The position numbers and the translations under genes were made by a program. Positions 58,388 to 64,000 of a stretch of 64,000 nt of DNA are shown in pieces. Positions within the stretch are counted from its first letter, which is position 1. Each line of letters begins with the position of its first letter. The notes under the pieces were generated by a model. That model was not told where the DNA came from. It searched no databases and worked only from the letters and a program-made list of their open reading frames with translations. The stretch is from Mayamaea pseudoterrestris (lineage: Eukaryota). The stretch is taken from NCBI GenBank assembly GCA_027923505.1, contig BROI01000001.1, forward strand, positions 2,604,001-2,668,000. The letters run 5' to 3'.

Positions 58388-59704
58388 ATGAGCGGCAACT
58401 ATAACAATGACGATGATCCTTACATTCCATTGGCACGAAATCCCGTCGCGGCGGCAGCCGCATCCGCCACGCGAGAACCTTATGTCGACTTGAGTCAAAC
58501 CACCCTATTTGATCTTTGCCAAGACTTTGTCGTCACTCACATGAAGCATTATCCTCCGCAAGTCTTTCAGTGTCTCGAACTGGACGACTACGAAACCTTG
58601 ATTCGACGCAAGCATTTGAAATCGACGCCTAGTACAGGCAGCGGCGGTTTGGATGGCACTGGACGTGTCGGTCCGGCTCTTGGCATTGAATACATCACCG
58701 AGCTGGAGGCGAGCTGTCCGCACCTGGCGCAGTCCAACGTCGTGGATCAACTCGTGTGGAAGGATTGCGTCGAGTTTCGCTTCAAAAAGGCTGGCACGGG
58801 GAGACCACGGGCCTTGTACTTGCCGTGGCCGCTGCTGGTGGAGCAGATTCAAAGTGTGGGGCGTGAGTTGGCTTTAATGCATGCACATGAGTCTGCGTTG
58901 GAGGAGCCTATTGCGGCAGCTTGCATTCATACGCTGGAAACGTGCCCCATGAATGTGTCATTGCTGCAAGCGACTGCCATTGGAAAGACCATTAAAATTG
59001 TGTTGAAGCGCTTTCATCATGCGCCAACATGCGGATATCACAAACTGGCTAAACTATTGAACGCATGGAAGGAGCTTGCTGCGCGCAACGGAGTATCGCA
59101 TGCGTCTGCTGCAACTAGTCCGACTACATCGTCAGCAGCAGCAGCTGACAATTCTTATGATGAGGAAGCTGACGATTTAAAACTAGTGGAAACATGCAAG
59201 ACGTGGCGACAGTTATACGCTGCCTTGAAGCAAAAGGAGATGGAACGCTTCGACAATATAGCCAAGGAGCTTCGGCAACGCCGCAAAACGTTAGCGTCGG
59301 ACCGTCCCCGCATTGTCAAGGTGCGGCCGACGATGGCCAAGCGCGAGCAGTTGCTGGAGCGTGGAAACGGACCAGTCGCTTTGCAGAATACAAAAATGCA
59401 GCAGCTTCGCAAGGAGTCGAGTCAAGTGGCAGCCAAGACGCGCGTAGCAACAACGAGTGCAGGAAAAAGGCAGATGACACCAGTGGCACGTCCAGCGGCG
59501 CCGAGGACTGGCGGATCGTTTGGTGCCGCAGTGGCGTTTGCGTCATCGGGCAAGAAGCATGCGTCCAGCAACAAGCACGTTATCAGTAGTCGAACATCCA
59601 AAAACACCCACATTCATCATTTGGCGGGCGGCAAGCTAATGAAAGTGCCAGCCAAAGCGGCAAAGAAGGCAGCCATGGCGAAGCAATGGAAGGGAAGCAA
59701 ATAA
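58388..59704 (+). CDS. Elongin A-like protein with internal TFIIS-N-like domain
   Basis: BC-box-like TLFDLC; LEASCPHL...DQLVWKDCVEFRF; TWRQLYAALKQKEMER; TFIIS-N-like MNVSLLQATAIGKTIK...LLNAWKEL. Confidence 0.6.
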   Translation: MSGNYNNDDDPYIPLARNPVAAAAASATREPYVDLSQTTLFDLCQDFVVTHMKHYPPQVFQCLELDDYETLIRRKHLKSTPSTGSGGLDGTGRVGPALGIEYITELEASCPHLAQSNVVDQLVWKDCVEFRFKKAGTGRPRALYLPWPLLVEQIQSVGRELALMHAHESALEEPIAAACIHTLETCPMNVSLLQATAIGKTIKIVLKRFHHAPTCGYHKLAKLLNAWKELAARNGVSHASAATSPTTSSAAAADNSYDEEADDLKLVETCKTWRQLYAALKQKEMERFDNIAKELRQRRKTLASDRPRIVKVRPTMAKREQLLERGNGPVALQNTKMQQLRKESSQVAAKTRVATTSAGKRQMTPVARPAAPRTGGSFGAAVAFASSGKKHASSNKHVISSRTSKNTHIHHLAGGKLMKVPAKAAKKAAMAKQWKGSK

Positions 59705-60148
59705 TCATACATGAACACGATGCGCTTTACATATAAACAGAGTTTCACTAAAAGCAACAGGAAGAGATTCCTAGAAATGTGCGCCTGAATTGTCTAGAAC
59801 CTGTAATGCTCCTCATGAGGAACTCACGTTCTACCGGTAGCCAGATCGGTGACCTGATGGACCCCAATTTCGGCTCGAACCTTTCAAAGAACGAAAATAT
59901 GCAGTTGCTTAGCAATGCACGGGATTCTACAACTTTAATTCATTAAATAGAGTAGAATAATGGATTGGCTTTGAGCAATGGCTATGGCTGTCTACCAGAG
60001 CCTTATTCCTTGCGTTCATCATTGGACTGGCAGCACGCTAATAAGAGTTACAGTCAAACTGGCTATTGAAGGGGAACCAATTCGAAACGCTGTAAATGCA
60101 CTGAAACAATCACACTAGTAACGTATATTGCATTTTTTAACTCTAATG

Positions 60149-62477
<2,329 letters not shown>

Positions 62478-62725
62478 AATGATGATAAAGAGTAAAAGCT
62501 GTAGTGAAAGGTAAAAAACTAGTAGTTGTTGCGAGACAACGAAACAATGGTCCGTCCGAAATGCAGGGGAGAATGAACGAGTCGAATGCGCACCGCGCTG
62601 GCGCAAAACGAGTGGCAAAGAGCAATGTCGCAGTGGTGATACTCAGTCTTAGAGGTACTTACTGCGACATGCAGAAACGCAGAGCCTTCCTCCATTCTCC
62701 ATCATCTTACGCTCCCTCTCCAACC

Positions 62726-64000
62726 ATGAATACAATGAAAATGCCAGCAGATACAAGACATTTAGATCAAGCAGACATTGATTTATCGCTACAGCAAAAG
62801 ATTGACGCCTTACTGTCTAGCGACGAAAATACTCCACCATCGGCGGAGCGATCCGCCGTCGCCGTGCTTCTTTCGCTGCGACTGCCCATTATTGAAGCCA
62901 TCCAAGTCTTTCAAAAGCATTCGTGGATTGTCGCATGGATTATAATGTTGATTGAAAACGATGACGAAAATGAGACTGATGACGTTGAAAAGCAGCTGTA
63001 CGTTCGCTTGGCGGCCCAAGTGCTGGGACATGTTCCAAGTGTTGCTGCTTCTGCAGATCTCGCCAAGATTCTCATGCGGCAGCTTGATGCGAAATCTTTG
63101 TTGAGCGCTCCAATTTCAGCTTTCGACATTGACATTGTATCGAATCTATCGATTTATTTGGATAGTGTACAAGGCGACGAAGTATTCATGCGTGAGCAGG
63201 CGCTAACGTCAGTTTGGAAAAGGTGGTCGGGATCCGTGACGGCATCAACATTACCTGTCAACAGCAAGGACTTAATTGATAACGCCGCGCAAGAAACTAT
63301 GCATTCATGGTACCAAGTGCTGGAGCAGCTACTGCATCAGCAATCTGCAGCAGAATCATCGTCGACGGAGGAAGAAGTACGCACCATGTGGAACGATCAA
63401 GTCATGACTCTGCTTCAGGCGCACCTTTCTCGCGTCACTTTAACAACGAGCAGTTGCTTCCAGTTGATGTTGCAGTATTGGCTTTCAAAAGAGCAGCAAA
63501 GAGAGGAGAAACAGCATCAAGTTCAAATTGCGTCCATTCTATTAGAATGTTTGTTGGTGACAATGACTGCGCCGTTGGATGATACAAAGGACGATTTGTT
63601 ACAATCGCCACTCTTAAAGAATCATGCTCCAGATATATTGCATTTGATCACGGCATGTCTCATATCTACTAGTAAAGAATCGGATCAACTCAGAGTACTA
63701 GCATGGACATGCGTGTCGCAGATACTAGATACCATCAACGGCTGGCAGTGGCTGCTCCAGGAGGCTGCAACGTCGGACCGATGGACGCGCAACCTTGCCA
63801 AACCCAAGCACGGCAAGGCGCAGCATCTATGCACCACTCTCCGACTGGCCAGTGGTGAATACAAGATTCAGCTGGGCCGCAGCCATCCGCAGATTGACAC
63901 TTTAGTGGCCACGAGTCAGGTGTTGGTCCGGGGACTTGATTTCATGGTGCACTTGCTGGACTCTGGCAATGAATCATTGCTAGGCGATAGTGACTCCATT
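62726..64000 (+). CDS. Helical-repeat protein, possibly neurochondrin-like; 3' partial
   Basis: Uninterrupted frame from ATG 62726 to the window end; GWQWLL...LCTTLRLASGEYKIQL is reminiscent of neurochondrin (weak). Confidence 0.55.
   Translation, partial: MNTMKMPADTRHLDQADIDLSLQQKIDALLSSDENTPPSAERSAVAVLLSLRLPIIEAIQVFQKHSWIVAWIIMLIENDDENETDDVEKQLYVRLAAQVLGHVPSVAASADLAKILMRQLDAKSLLSAPISAFDIDIVSNLSIYLDSVQGDEVFMREQALTSVWKRWSGSVTASTLPVNSKDLIDNAAQETMHSWYQVLEQLLHQQSAAESSSTEEEVRTMWNDQVMTLLQAHLSRVTLTTSSCFQLMLQYWLSKEQQREEKQHQVQIASILLECLLVTMTAPLDDTKDDLLQSPLLKNHAPDILHLITACLISTSKESDQLRVLAWTCVSQILDTINGWQWLLQEAATSDRWTRNLAKPKHGKAQHLCTTLRLASGEYKIQLGRSHPQIDTLVATSQVLVRGLDFMVHLLDSGNESLLGDSDSI

Overview
Gene-dense eukaryotic DNA with short spliceosomal introns, bipartite (ASAFAP-type) plastid presequences and a diatom-type Ty1/copia element. 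This points to a diatom, probably pennate (inference). About 25 protein genes can be modelled: LIN9/ALY-like DIRP protein, DRG GTPase, OGG1, pfkB kinase, sulfotransferase, VPS8, acetyl-CoA transporter, RAMP4, a bromodomain-PHD protein, a PNRC/Edc1-motif protein, aquaporin, chorismate mutase, RseP/ARASP, a Nudix-JTB fusion, JTB, an LRR protein, F-box-Tubby, BTB, RING, SEC13, an Elongin-A-like protein, DBP2 and others. There are two transposons: a full-length copia LTR retrotransposon (26063-31285; identical 211-bp LTRs, CATGG TSD) and an 874-bp non-autonomous TIR element (43610-44483; 8-bp TSD). The most striking observation is that the copia element has no tRNA-type PBS. Its PBS position is instead the exact reverse complement of a segment of its own LTR that begins at an initiator-like motif. 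This is the geometry of Tf1-style self-primed reverse transcription, which I know only from Ty3/gypsy elements. Also notable: a candidate poison exon carrying a C/D-box motif in a long DBP2 intron, a Nudix-JTB fusion next to a standalone JTB gene, an Elongin A with an internally inserted TFIIS-N domain, and a decayed tRNA-ligase-like kinase/2H module. All calls are from manual reading; no database searches were run.
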